From Pseudomonadota bacterium (lineage in GTDB: Bacteria; Bdellovibrionota; Bdellovibrionia; Bdellovibrionales; Bdellovibrionaceae): a stretch of DNA of 64,000 bases. The notes under the pieces are model-generated. The model had not been told where the DNA came from and did no database searches. It worked only from the letters and a program-made list of their open reading frames with translations. The stretch spans positions 32,001-96,000 of the forward strand of contig JBEGVH010000029.1 of the NCBI GenBank assembly GCA_041178425.1, given 5' to 3'. The position numbers and the translations under genes are program-made. Shown here piece after piece: positions 9,854-19,519 of this stretch (the stretch's first letter is position 1; every line of letters begins with the position of its first letter).

Positions 9854-10350
9854 GGCTGCCGTGCCAATCGACGATCAAGCCTCGACCAGCCAAAGAGATG
9901 ACCCAACAACACAAGACTCAGCCCTCCCAGGATGAGTTCTGTGTTGTGCTGCCAAACACCATAGAGCATGGGAATCAAGCCCGCCACTTGAACAACAAGA
10001 TTTACTGGATGCAGATGAAGAAGCGCCACCTTACCGAGCGTTGTTTGTGCCAACAACTGCGGATCACACTGCCACACGCTGACGTAGGCTATGGCCCTAA
10101 AAAATACCACGACAGAAAGCGCCATGACCCAGTCTTGCTGGGCAAGAAAATAAATCATCCACAGTCCCCCAACGGCATTAATGAAGAGACTGCGCGGATG
10201 ACTCCTTCGGACAATCAAGCGCTCAGTAGCACTGAGATTGGGCCAAGGCACTGATTCCCCGCGAGGGGACGACGTGGCCTTAATGAGAGATGACTCGCGC
10301 CGCTGTTGATTTTCTAGCTGCTGTTTAAATTCAAGATCTAGATTACTCAT
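9850..10350 (-). CDS. hypothetical membrane protein
   Basis: About four hydrophobic segments with conserved-looking H-P and GH motifs; GGAGG RBS. Confidence 0.7.
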   Translation of the reverse strand: MSNLDLEFKQQLENQQRRESSLIKATSSPRGESVPWPNLSATERLIVRRSHPRSLFINAVGGLWMIYFLAQQDWVMALSVVVFFRAIAYVSVWQCDPQLLAQTTLGKVALLHLHPVNLVVQVAGLIPMLYGVWQHNTELILGGLSLVLLGHLFGWSRLDRRLARQP

Positions 10351-10442
10351 ATTGACCTCCTGATAAACAATTTCGCTTTATCACCATAGTTTTTAACTAA
10401 GAAAAGTCCAGCGAGACTGCCAACAGGAGACATAAAGATTTC

Positions 10443-11492
10443 TTAAGATCGAACTCCATGAGCACGACTTTCATTTGCACCACTTGAGTTCATTTCGATG
10501 AATCGAGCCTTTTGGGAAATTTCATCCAGCGTTGTTGCATTGAGATAGCTCATACCAGAACGAATCCCTCCTGAGATCTCAAGAATAACGTCCTTTACGT
10601 GCCCCTTAACGGTCACCTGAGTGGCCTCACCCTCTGGAGCCATTCCCTCAGGAACTCCTCCTCGCCAAGAGACTTGAGCCGCTTTCGAAGCCATACCACG
10701 ATATTGTTTTTTTCCATTTTTAATATCGCCGGGGGTCTCGATGGTTCCTGAGAGCATACTTCCCAACATGACGGTGTTCGCACCCGCAGCGAAGGCTTTA
10801 ACCATATCGCCACTCGTTCTGATGCCACCATCAGCGATCAGTGGTACTCCTCGTTCGCGAGCCACCTCAGCGCAGAGGGCAATCGCCGTTAACTGAGGGA
10901 TTCCACAACCTGTAATAATGCGAGTGGTACACATGCTTCCGGGACCGATACCCACCTTGATGGCGTCAGCACCGGCATCGATGAGGTCTTCAGCGGCTTC
11001 GGCCGTTGCCATGTTTCCAGCAATCACGTCGACCGAGGGGAACTGATCCTTCACCCATTTGAGAGTCTCTATCATTTGAACCGAGTGCCCATGGGCAATA
11101 TCGAGTGTTAAAAGATTGCAGCCATTTTTAACTAGAAGTGTCGCTCTTTCTTTAAAATCATCACTCACACCAATACTCGCCGCAATCACTTTGAGATTTT
11201 TCTCTCTTAACTCCCTCACCATGACCACTTGTTCATCGATACTCATAAATCGATGCAAAATACCCACGCCACCCAACTCGGCCATTGCCAAGGCCATTGA
11301 AACTTCGGTAACGGTATCCATATTGGCACTCACAATGGGAGTCTCAATCTCTATGTTCTTTGTTAGCTTTGATTTGAGACTCGGTTCTCGTCGAGAACGA
11401 ACGTCAGAACGGGAGGGCACCAAGAGAACATCATCAAAGGTAAGTCCACGGCTACGGTTCTTGATCGACGACCACTGAAAAAATAAATCCAT
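10443..11492 (-). CDS. IMPDH/GMP-reductase family protein lacking CBS domains, probably GMP reductase
   Basis: [41 protein letters not shown]. No Arg-Tyr flap dyad. GAGGTGA RBS before the ATG at 11492. Confidence 0.85.
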   Translation of the reverse strand: MDLFFQWSSIKNRSRGLTFDDVLLVPSRSDVRSRREPSLKSKLTKNIEIETPIVSANMDTVTEVSMALAMAELGGVGILHRFMSIDEQVVMVRELREKNLKVIAASIGVSDDFKERATLLVKNGCNLLTLDIAHGHSVQMIETLKWVKDQFPSVDVIAGNMATAEAAEDLIDAGADAIKVGIGPGSMCTTRIITGCGIPQLTAIALCAEVARERGVPLIADGGIRTSGDMVKAFAAGANTVMLGSMLSGTIETPGDIKNGKKQYRGMASKAAQVSWRGGVPEGMAPEGEATQVTVKGHVKDVILEISGGIRSGMSYLNATTLDEISQKARFIEMNSSGANESRAHGVRS

Positions 11493-11635
11493 ATTCACCT
11501 CATTCAAAACTCTAAAAAATGTCGGTTATTTTCCTCTGTTTGTCTACAAGACACTCGTATTAACGGCCAACAGACTATCAATTTAAAAAAATTCCCATCC
11601 TCTTTTAGTGCTAGAGACTGACCCTCTCAAAGAGA

Positions 11636-11798
11636 AGCCCTTCAAGGCTGATCGGAGTCCTAGGAGGTGAAGAACTGAGGGCTCCGGCGAACGTGATGTG
11701 TTGGCCGTGCCCCAACGGGGCCGGGCACGCCGGCGAGGCCATGGAATGGCCGCCCCGAAGTATTCACCTCCTAGGACTCCGATCAGCCTTGAAGGGCT
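11636..11798. repeat. perfect 36-bp inverted repeat around a 91-nt GC-rich structured spacer; candidate ncRNA
   Basis: 11636-11671 agcccttcaaggctgatcggagtcctaggaggtgaa is the exact reverse complement of 11763-11798. Confidence 0.95.
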
Positions 11799-11908
11799 CC
11801 CATCCGTAAGATCCTCGCCCATAACGGCACTGTCAAAAAGATCGACATCTGCGTCTTCGGTAGAAACCAGCCAAGTGTAAAGTAGGGAGGGGTCGACAAC
11901 GCCTAGCA

Positions 11909-11924
11909 AGGCATGATTCCTGCT
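11909..11924 (+). promoter_or_regulatory. putative sigma-54 promoter
   Basis: AGGCAT-N5-CTGCT (GG-N10-GC), 24 nt upstream of the 11948 start. Confidence 0.5.
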
Positions 11925-11947
11925 TTCTAATTGAGTGGAGGACACCG

Positions 11948-13369
11948 ATGAAGAAAACAACTTTTGTTGAATCAGGAAGCCATTTTTTAATTGCTGGGGT
12001 CATGGCGCTGACTATGGCTACCTCTGCCTGTAATGAAAAAAGCTCCTCCCGACAACAACGTCCCGCGCGTCGAGCTGCGGCCATGAAAAACAACACTCCA
12101 GGCCCAAATAACCAACAACCCAGCCCCGCAGACACAGCGACTCAGCCAAACACCCCCCCGTTGCTTCCACGGTTAAACTCTCCAGATGAGCCATCAAAGA
12201 GCTTTGAAAAACCAACTGGTCGAAGTGGAACTCAGGAAACTCTGACTCGTTCTAACCCATTTCCGACTTCGGAAAAAGAAAAAACAGCCTCACCCACTAC
12301 CCCTTCGCCTCAAACGCAGGTGTTCGGTGATCTTCAACATGTTCTTACACAGCTCCATAATATTTATTTAAACGCTTGGTATGCCGTCAATAAGGATAAA
12401 TCTTCGAGACCCCGTAATTTCTTTGAAGACATCGCTGCTAAAATTCAGAATCTCAGCCCAATAATCAGCCTCAAAGATGGCGAAGGAACTCCTGCTTCTA
12501 TCAATGACCGTTGTGATCGCTACCGTCTGGTGCACACCCATGATCTAGTCAAGAACCGGCAACGATTATTGCTCTATGACTGTACCACTAAAAGCTACCT
12601 CCCAGAGGCCCTCTTGACTTATCGTGTGCAAGGTAATGAGTGGCAAATAGCCACAACTCCGCAAACACTCGATTTTATTCTTCCAAATCAAATGGGATTC
12701 CTTTCCACGATTTCTTTTAAGCCTCTTTGTTTGGTGACCATAGAAAAAGAATCTAGCTCCACAAAGATCTCAAAGGCCCTTTGTAAGGAATGGGGACAAC
12801 AGCTCTCTTCGTCGAAGGCTCAAGATCGTAAAACAATTTTATTTAATTTGCTTAAGTATGATCGCTCGGCAGTGAATGTTCTCGAGGTCGAAGCTCAGTA
12901 TATCGACTATGATGGTTCTAATCAGGTTTGTCGAAGTGGAATGATGAGGCGTAAGGCACCATCTTCAAAAGAGGTGATTTATCTTGATGACGAAGACGTC
13001 AGTGAGTGCAAACCAAGCCCTTTAGATCAACCAAAGCAGGCATTTCCCATAACTGCTCCTGAGATGCAGCCACCCCAAGCCGAAACAAACACGGGTCATC
13101 GCCCTTCTCCCACCGGCGAGCCAATGGTTAAGAATCCTCGCGCGATGGCCATACCGATGAATCCTACTGCCCAAAATACACCACCGATCATGAATCCAAA
13201 TGAAGGTGAAATGAATTTTGGTAATCCCGAGATTCAAGTTCCTCCCGTCCTTGAACCCGCGGCCCCCAGTGTTGACACCTCTGAGGCCATAACTCCAGTG
13301 ATGGAGCCTCCGATGGACAGCCAAGAGCCTATGGCACCTGCGAACTTTGGAGAAGTGGAGACTCTGTGA
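11948..13369 (+). CDS. hypothetical lipoprotein with Pro-rich disordered termini
   Basis: Lipobox ...MATSA-C; central beta-rich Cys-containing domain; GGAGG RBS. Confidence 0.75.
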   Translation: MKKTTFVESGSHFLIAGVMALTMATSACNEKSSSRQQRPARRAAAMKNNTPGPNNQQPSPADTATQPNTPPLLPRLNSPDEPSKSFEKPTGRSGTQETLTRSNPFPTSEKEKTASPTTPSPQTQVFGDLQHVLTQLHNIYLNAWYAVNKDKSSRPRNFFEDIAAKIQNLSPIISLKDGEGTPASINDRCDRYRLVHTHDLVKNRQRLLLYDCTTKSYLPEALLTYRVQGNEWQIATTPQTLDFILPNQMGFLSTISFKPLCLVTIEKESSSTKISKALCKEWGQQLSSSKAQDRKTILFNLLKYDRSAVNVLEVEAQYIDYDGSNQVCRSGMMRRKAPSSKEVIYLDDEDVSECKPSPLDQPKQAFPITAPEMQPPQAETNTGHRPSPTGEPMVKNPRAMAIPMNPTAQNTPPIMNPNEGEMNFGNPEIQVPPVLEPAAPSVDTSEAITPVMEPPMDSQEPMAPANFGEVETL

Positions 13370-14298
13370 AAACCTTTCTTGTTCTCTCAACTCTTTTTTT
13401 TGGGAGCCTCAGTGCACAAGCTGGCCTCCTTCGATCCGCGGCCCTTTACTATACTCCGCAAGACGAAATCGAAATAAACTCCAACGTTGGTTATTTTGAC
13501 CGAGAACGACGGATGGGTGGTTTTCAAACGAGATCTTCTGTTACCCTGGCGGGCCTTCGCTTCGAGCATGGTCTCAGCGAAAAAATGAGCTGGGGTGCCA
13601 ACATGAACTATGGAAGCGGAACTGGAGAAATCCAGACAGCCTCGGTAAAACTTCAACAGTCTTACCAAGGTCTCTTCGACCCAGAGATTTTCCTCAAATA
13701 CCACCGAACTACAGAATCTTTTCGATTTCATACTAACGGAATTTTTAGTTTAAAAACAGATAGCATGGTGATCGCAAACGACCGAAATCCAATCAATTTT
13801 TCTTCTGGCGGTTCTTCGTTCGCTCTCCAAGTCGGCCTAGAAAAAGATCTCGGTCCAATCCTCTTAGGCGCTGATGTGCGGTCCGATCTTTGGAAAGACA
13901 CCCAAGAGATTATCCAAAGAGGCTCCAACGTCTCTTCGTATCAAACCGATACTATTTACTTTCGCGATGGAGGAAAAGCTTCATCCGCTTCCATTTTCGG
14001 CGAACTGAGCACGATCAAAAAAATTAAGCCTGGCTTTAAATTAAGAATTACTCAGGTAGACGTATCCTCAGACACGCCCCAAACCGCTCCAAACTTACTC
14101 TCTGCAACGTCTGCGTCACAGTATACAACTCCTAAGGAGCAGCTGATGGGAGTTAGCATTTATGGAAGAGTAAAGCTTCCTTCCCAGTTCGTCTTAAACT
14201 TTGAGTTGTCCTCAACTGAATTTTATCAAAATTCTTCTTTAGACAATTTAATAGGGCGCAACTACAGCCTCTTCTCAAATCTGGGCTACAAGTTCTGA
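13366..14298 (+). CDS. putative outer-membrane beta-barrel protein
   Basis: Signal peptide, alternating amphipathic strands, C-terminal LGYKF beta-signal; GTGA overlap with the upstream gene. Confidence 0.75.
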   Translation: MKTFLVLSTLFFGSLSAQAGLLRSAALYYTPQDEIEINSNVGYFDRERRMGGFQTRSSVTLAGLRFEHGLSEKMSWGANMNYGSGTGEIQTASVKLQQSYQGLFDPEIFLKYHRTTESFRFHTNGIFSLKTDSMVIANDRNPINFSSGGSSFALQVGLEKDLGPILLGADVRSDLWKDTQEIIQRGSNVSSYQTDTIYFRDGGKASSASIFGELSTIKKIKPGFKLRITQVDVSSDTPQTAPNLLSATSASQYTTPKEQLMGVSIYGRVKLPSQFVLNFELSSTEFYQNSSLDNLIGRNYSLFSNLGYKF

Positions 14299-15375
14299 TG
14301 GAGAGTCGTTGATTGTTTTTGGTTGTAACTGAAAATCCAACTCCCACCGAATCCATAGCAACAAAAGCAACACGAGGCTGGCTCCCACTTGATGAATCAC
14401 AGCCAATGGCAAACTCACGTTCAACAGTAATGTTGCCACTCCCAAACTAAATTGAGTCAATACTACACCCATCAATCCTATCAGAGCACCACGAAGAGTT
14501 TTTGGAACCAACGAACGAAACTTTAGATACACAGAAATAACACCAATGACCAAAGTCCATCCTAGCATTCGATGAACCCACTGGACCATCAAGGAGTTTT
14601 CAAAGAGATTTCGCAACAGCGACTCAAAGGCCAAGGCCCCTTGAGGAAAAAATTGCCCTTCCATATCAGGAAACGTATTGTACATGTATCCAGCCCGCAA
14701 ACCAGCAACAAAAGCACCATAGAGAATCTGAAGAACAAGGATGCCTAAAAGAATATTCAAACTTGTCTTGAGACTCTTCATTGTTCGCTGAACCGAGGTT
14801 TCCGTTGCGAAAACCGGTTTTGTTGCTTGCTGTATTTCCGTGTTATACAGCCAACCCATTCTCCAAAAATAGGCGAGAATAAAAAATGCCAGCAGAAGAT
14901 GGGCAGCCAATCGAAAATGACTGACTTGGGGCTGATCAACCAACCCACTGGCGACCATAATCCAACCCATCAAACCCTGCAGTCCACCCAACATAAAACC
15001 TAAGAGAAAGCGACCAGCCCACTTTTTATCGAAATACCCCTTCCACCAAAACCACGCCCACGGAAACAGAAACACAAGCCCCATCATGCGACCAATTAAA
15101 CGATGAAAATACTCCCAAAAGAAAATCCACTGAAAGGCAGCTAAGGTCATTCCTTTGTTAACCAATTGATACTGAGGCGAAGATTGATATTTATTAAAAA
15201 CTTCGAGCCAATCGGAATGGGTCAGCGGAGGGATTGCACCCATAAGGGGTTTCCATTCGGTGATCGACAACCCAGAACCTGTCAATCGCGTGACACCACC
15301 AATGACTACCATCATCATGACCATCGAACACAATACTAGAACCCAAAGAAATACTTGTTGGCGTTTATCAGACAT
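14275..15375 (-). CDS. ctaA: haem A synthase (COX15/CtaA)
   Basis: GGVTRLTGSGLSITEW, WEYFHRLIGR, RLAAHL, QWVHR, HQ.GA. Confidence 0.95.
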   Translation of the reverse strand: MSDKRQQVFLWVLVLCSMVMMMVVIGGVTRLTGSGLSITEWKPLMGAIPPLTHSDWLEVFNKYQSSPQYQLVNKGMTLAAFQWIFFWEYFHRLIGRMMGLVFLFPWAWFWWKGYFDKKWAGRFLLGFMLGGLQGLMGWIMVASGLVDQPQVSHFRLAAHLLLAFFILAYFWRMGWLYNTEIQQATKPVFATETSVQRTMKSLKTSLNILLGILVLQILYGAFVAGLRAGYMYNTFPDMEGQFFPQGALAFESLLRNLFENSLMVQWVHRMLGWTLVIGVISVYLKFRSLVPKTLRGALIGLMGVVLTQFSLGVATLLLNVSLPLAVIHQVGASLVLLLLLWIRWELDFQLQPKTINDSPSELVAQI

Positions 15376-15573
15376 AGTGGCCTCACCTTCTCATTTCTCA
15401 GTTAAAAGCCTCTTCTTTGATTTACCGAAAAACTATAAAACTGCCAATCAGTTCTTGTTTTTGGCTCTCCCTGCCGCAGAATTTCACCAAATCCTCCCTT
15501 GCAATATCTACAAGAGAGAACGCCCAATAGGGCTCTTTTAAATCTTCAAACCTACCAGATTGACTGCCAACGC

Positions 15574-15589
15574 TGGCACCCACCTTGAA
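15574..15589 (+). promoter_or_regulatory. putative sigma-54 promoter
   Basis: TGGCAC-N5-TTGAA, 27 nt upstream of the 15616 start. Confidence 0.5.
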
Positions 15590-15615
15590 TAAAAGAGTTT
15601 CTGAAGGAGACTCCC

Positions 15616-16137
15616 ATGCAAAAACAGTGGACTCAAAAAGTATTGAAATTGGCAGGTTTATTCTCTGTTGTTAGCTCTTTGGCCGTAGCCCAAGTTAAAC
15701 CAACGAGCTCACAACTGCAATGCAAGACCAAAGCAAAAGAAGTGGCTAAGATGGCGTATGATGACTGTATGGAATCTGCCAAGGGCAATGAAGCAGAGAG
15801 AATTCGGACTGAATACAAACTCAAAATGGCAAAACTCAAAGAGCTCTACGAACAAAAACTAAAGAAATTAAATATTAAACTCAAACAAAACACAGCCAGC
15901 CAAACTCAATCAGAAGCAAACTCCCTGCCTGTAAAAACAGAAACAGTGGTTCCTGCAGCGGAAACAATTGCTCCTGCGATCAGTTCGAGTCGAATTTCTC
16001 CAACTGAACCAAGCACTCCCATCGAACCCCCTGCAAATACTGAAGAGCCCATCGAACCAATCATTCGATTAAAGCCAGCCAACCCAGGTTTCGAGCAACA
16101 ACAAAATCTCGACAGTCCCCCAGAGCTTTCGATCTGA
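15616..16137 (+). CDS. secreted hypothetical protein (coiled coil with Cys pair, Pro/Glu-rich tail)
   Basis: Signal peptide ending AVA-Q; AGGAG RBS. Confidence 0.75.
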   Translation: MQKQWTQKVLKLAGLFSVVSSLAVAQVKPTSSQLQCKTKAKEVAKMAYDDCMESAKGNEAERIRTEYKLKMAKLKELYEQKLKKLNIKLKQNTASQTQSEANSLPVKTETVVPAAETIAPAISSSRISPTEPSTPIEPPANTEEPIEPIIRLKPANPGFEQQQNLDSPPELSI

Positions 16138-16162
16138 ATACACCCTATAAACAAACGTGATA

Positions 16163-16198
16163 AATAAAAAAAGCGCCACTCCAGGCGCTTTTTTTATT
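16163..16198. terminator. bidirectional intrinsic terminator
   Basis: aataaaaaaagcgcc-actcca-ggcgctttttttatt between convergent genes. Confidence 0.85.
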
Positions 16199-16224
16199 AG
16201 CCGATTTTTAAATAATTTTTATTT

Positions 16225-18198
16225 CTACTTTCGCACTTCCCAAAGGGGCACCTGTCGAGTTCCTTTCAAATCAAAGATTTGACTTTTTCGCTCGCCACGA
16301 ACTTGCAACATCCCATAAACAGCGCTGTCTTGTCTCCAGCCCCCATCAAAACTCAATCGCGACTTAGATTCTACCAGCAACCCCTGAAGACCACTTATCG
16401 CCATAGACTCTGGTGAGCGATTGAATTGCCCAGAAATATTTTTTACAAGAGCTCGCTCACTTCCCTCAGGTAAAATCTTGGGTAAGAATTGAGTCTCTGA
16501 AATGGGCCAATCAATGCCCGCTGCTTGAACACGACCGTTCACAAAACCTTTGTTTCCTGAAAAATCTAATTTCAACTTATCTAGAACAACGCCAGCAATC
16601 ACACTTTTCTCAAATTTCAAAAAACCATTTAGGTCATTAGTGACACCATCAACAATTTTTAGTGACAGACGTCCTTCCAATGAACCTAAACTGCCCCCAA
16701 TCGTCATTAGTTCTTCGACTTCGGGGCTCAATTTAAAATTAGAAAAATCCGACTCCAACTCCACCGTTTTTTCATTTTGGTTAAGAGCCATAGACACATC
16801 GCCCTTCCAATCCCCGTTCTCTAACTCGATTTTTCTAATGTATCCAGACCACTGATTCGATCCACCTGCCATGTCGAGCGTCATCGTTTTTATCGATTGG
16901 TGCTCACGGAGCCCACGGTTGGAGAAGATCACTTGCAAGCCTCTCCATTGACCCGACATAGAAATCAATTGGTTGTTAGTGAACTGCCCCTCACCGTCAA
17001 ATATGCCCAAGCGGTCGAAGGCCGGTGGTGGTTCACTCCAACCCAACATCCGAGTCAAAATATCTAAATCCACTTCTTTTGCGAGTGCTTTGTAGGGCTC
17101 AACACTCCATTGAGTCGCATTAGTTTCTTTTTGAGCAATGACCTTTCCCAAAATAAAGTCGCCAAATTCCCCTTCTATATGCCCCTCGCTGACCTCAATT
17201 TTTTCTGGCGCAATGGCATCATGACTCCACAAAACATCAGCCGAAACCCAAGCTTGTGAAGACGTTGGCATCGGACCCGTTCGCCCTAAAACTTGCGCCA
17301 GTACAATGAGCTGACTCCAGGGAATCTGTTTAAAGCTCCCCTTCCACAAAAAGTCTTTTCGGTGAGGATACCATTGGCCCTCGACATCAACCCGTCCCTC
17401 TCTCCAGGCCCCTCGAATTTTGGCAGTTGCTTTTTCTGCATCAGAATCTAACTCTAAACGAGCATGCAACCCCTGAAAGGGAAATCGCTGCTGATCTGAT
17501 GTAAGAGTTACTAAGCCTTCAATGTGGGTATGATCTTCACCTTTTACTGGAAGCTGCACTTCGACACCCTTTAAGTTCCAATGAAAGAGTGGCCACTCGA
17601 CAAACTGTAAATGAACTTCTTTGAAGATAAGGTTTCGCAAGAGGCTCGACTCAACCGACATCGTTTGAACCAACGGGGGGCGTTCCAGACTGTTGGCTGC
17701 AACACCGTCACTCGCCGTAGCAGTGCTGGATTCGGGCGTTGCCACGGAGGGGATCGAAGGGATTGCCTGTGATTGATCTCCACAGCTCTCTCGGCGAGCA
17801 CGCATTTCAAGAGCAAGCAATCCCACCTCGATGCGTTTAAATACCAGTGTTCGATCGAGCAAACTGGAAAAAGCCACTGGCAGCACTAAATTTTGGATTG
17901 TTGCCTTTGCTCCAAAGAGACAAGGATCATTGGTCTGTACGCTGAATTTCTCGATAACAATGGCCAGCCGCGGAAGAAAACCATCCGCTAAACTCAGCGA
18001 GGCCCCCTCGATTGAACTTGATATGCGAGGATCAGCTCCGCTGAGCGCTCGTTCAATTTCATACTGGATACGGCGTGGAGAAAAAATGGCCTTGAAAGTT
18101 AAACTGAAAAGAAAGGCGATCGAGAGACCCAGAAGCACCCACCTCCAGCCTTTTTGTTCGACCACCAAATATTTCTCTGATGCTAGATTCTTACTCAT
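16225..18198 (-). CDS. membrane-anchored beta-rich protein, AsmA-like
   Basis: Single N-terminal TM, then a long run of amphipathic beta strands; overlaps the greA stop. Confidence 0.55.
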   Translation of the reverse strand: MSKNLASEKYLVVEQKGWRWVLLGLSIAFLFSLTFKAIFSPRRIQYEIERALSGADPRISSSIEGASLSLADGFLPRLAIVIEKFSVQTNDPCLFGAKATIQNLVLPVAFSSLLDRTLVFKRIEVGLLALEMRARRESCGDQSQAIPSIPSVATPESSTATASDGVAANSLERPPLVQTMSVESSLLRNLIFKEVHLQFVEWPLFHWNLKGVEVQLPVKGEDHTHIEGLVTLTSDQQRFPFQGLHARLELDSDAEKATAKIRGAWREGRVDVEGQWYPHRKDFLWKGSFKQIPWSQLIVLAQVLGRTGPMPTSSQAWVSADVLWSHDAIAPEKIEVSEGHIEGEFGDFILGKVIAQKETNATQWSVEPYKALAKEVDLDILTRMLGWSEPPPAFDRLGIFDGEGQFTNNQLISMSGQWRGLQVIFSNRGLREHQSIKTMTLDMAGGSNQWSGYIRKIELENGDWKGDVSMALNQNEKTVELESDFSNFKLSPEVEELMTIGGSLGSLEGRLSLKIVDGVTNDLNGFLKFEKSVIAGVVLDKLKLDFSGNKGFVNGRVQAAGIDWPISETQFLPKILPEGSERALVKNISGQFNRSPESMAISGLQGLLVESKSRLSFDGGWRQDSAVYGMLQVRGERKSQIFDLKGTRQVPLWEVRK

Positions 18199-18674
18199 TC
18201 AAATCTAAAAGAAATAATCTCGTATTCTTTTTCTGCTTTAGCGCCCTTAACCAGGACAACCTCACCAGCTTTTTTTCCAATCAATGAACGCGCAATGGGC
18301 GACATCACAGAGATTCGGCCCTGCTTCACGTCAGCCTCATCGATTCCAACAATTTGATAGGTAAATTCATCCTCGGTTTCAAGATCAACCAAAGTCACAG
18401 TAGCCCCAAAGACAATCCGATCAGACTTAATGTCTTTTGGCTCAACCACTTCAGCACCAGCTAATTTGCCTTGAATCTCAGCAATTCGACCTTCAGTGAG
18501 GGCTTGACGCTCTTTTGCGGCATCATATTCTGCATTTTCACTTATGTCCCCATGGGCACGAGCCTCCTCAATGGCTTTAATGACAGCCGGTCGCTCTTCA
18601 TGGAGTAATCTCTTGAGTTCCGCGTCGAGTAATGCTTTTCCTCTCACTGTCATTGGCAATTTATCTTCAGACAT
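18195..18674 (-). CDS. greA: transcription elongation factor GreA
   Basis: EARAHGDISENAEYDAAKERQ and ISVMSPIARSLIGK. Confidence 0.97.
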   Translation of the reverse strand: MSEDKLPMTVRGKALLDAELKRLLHEERPAVIKAIEEARAHGDISENAEYDAAKERQALTEGRIAEIQGKLAGAEVVEPKDIKSDRIVFGATVTLVDLETEDEFTYQIVGIDEADVKQGRISVMSPIARSLIGKKAGEVVLVKGAKAEKEYEIISFRFE

Positions 18675-18816
18675 GAGCCATTCTCCTTCCCAATGAATCG
18701 CCAGAACCGGCGAATCGCAATAAGCTAAAGTCGATCAAAGAGATAGTTCTACTGAAAAACTTTGACCTCCTCAAGTTTAAAGCTCATGCTTTAAAAAGGG
18801 AACTACTAATTGCGTT

Positions 18817-19047
18817 ATGAATCGACCTCAGAAAAAGCCCGAAATTATTTGTCGCTGCAATAATGTTTCAAGAGAAACAATTGAGATGGCCATACGCGAT
18901 GGCTGTCAAACAATGAACGAAATTTTTGATGAAACAACGGCAGGAGTCGGCCCCTGTGGTGGCAGTTGCCGACGACTTATCGTGCCCCTCCTAAAGACCT
19001 ACCTCGAGCTGGGCGTTTTTCCCGAAAAATTACCACCTAGAAAATAG
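18817..19047 (+). CDS. BFD-like [2Fe-2S]-binding protein
   Basis: ICRCNNV...TTAGVGPCGGSC. Confidence 0.85.
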   Translation: MNRPQKKPEIICRCNNVSRETIEMAIRDGCQTMNEIFDETTAGVGPCGGSCRRLIVPLLKTYLELGVFPEKLPPRK

Positions 19048-19519
19048 TTTTGTTAATGACCGAAAGAGCTTCGGCACTCCTCACCATTTCTTCTCGGTTG
19101 CGAATTATCTCCTCGATTTTACCACGACAAGATGTGCATGAAGTACAGGCATTTGTCCACAAAGACACTTCAGCGACATTCATTGCCCCCGCTACAACGG
19201 CGTTATCAATTTTTTCACTTGTGACTTGACGGCAATTGCAAACCATTTCTCCCGCGTAAGGAATTGCCCACTGAGTCTTTGCACGTGCAATTATTTCGGC
19301 CGCTAATAAATGAGAGCGACGCTCTTCAAGACTGGCCCCTTCAAGAAGACCAGCCCCCAGCTTCCATTGCGAAATTTTTCTTCCAAAGCGAGACAACAAA
19401 TCTTCAAACAGACCCACGGTTTTTGGCGAGGCTTGAAGGTGATAACTAATAATCTCACCTTGTTCATTAGTTTCAATTTGGATATCTTCATACCCCGGCA
19501 AATTGATTTGCAGCTGCAT
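19037..19519 (-). CDS. protein with C-terminal BFD-like [2Fe-2S] domain
   Basis: VCNCRQV...TNACTSCTSC. Confidence 0.8.
   Translation of the reverse strand: MQLQINLPGYEDIQIETNEQGEIISYHLQASPKTVGLFEDLLSRFGRKISQWKLGAGLLEGASLEERRSHLLAAEIIARAKTQWAIPYAGEMVCNCRQVTSEKIDNAVVAGAMNVAEVSLWTNACTSCTSCRGKIEEIIRNREEMVRSAEALSVINKTIF

Noticed and set aside
11636..11798. Retron msr-msd, SRP RNA, 6S RNA, tmRNA or RNase P RNA as the identity of the hairpin
   Set aside because: No reverse transcriptase in the window; no SRP domain IV core, no tRNA-like ends, no GAGGAAAGUCC; the perfect duplex lacks the 6S central bubble.
11840..11885. Purine riboswitch upstream of the GMPR-like gene (minus strand has GTTTCTACCG)
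   Set aside because: The P2 stem-loop (GATATGG) and the L3 CCGTAAA loop are not recognisable; only the short junction matches.
11583..11960. ORFs 11583..11960 (-), 11698..11880 (+) and 11833..12135 (-) across the inverted repeat
   Set aside because: No family motifs and an Arg/Pro/Gly-rich composition; open frames are expected in GC-rich palindromic DNA. The strong SD in the arms is not followed by ATG, and the loop does not encode a hydrophobic type I toxin.
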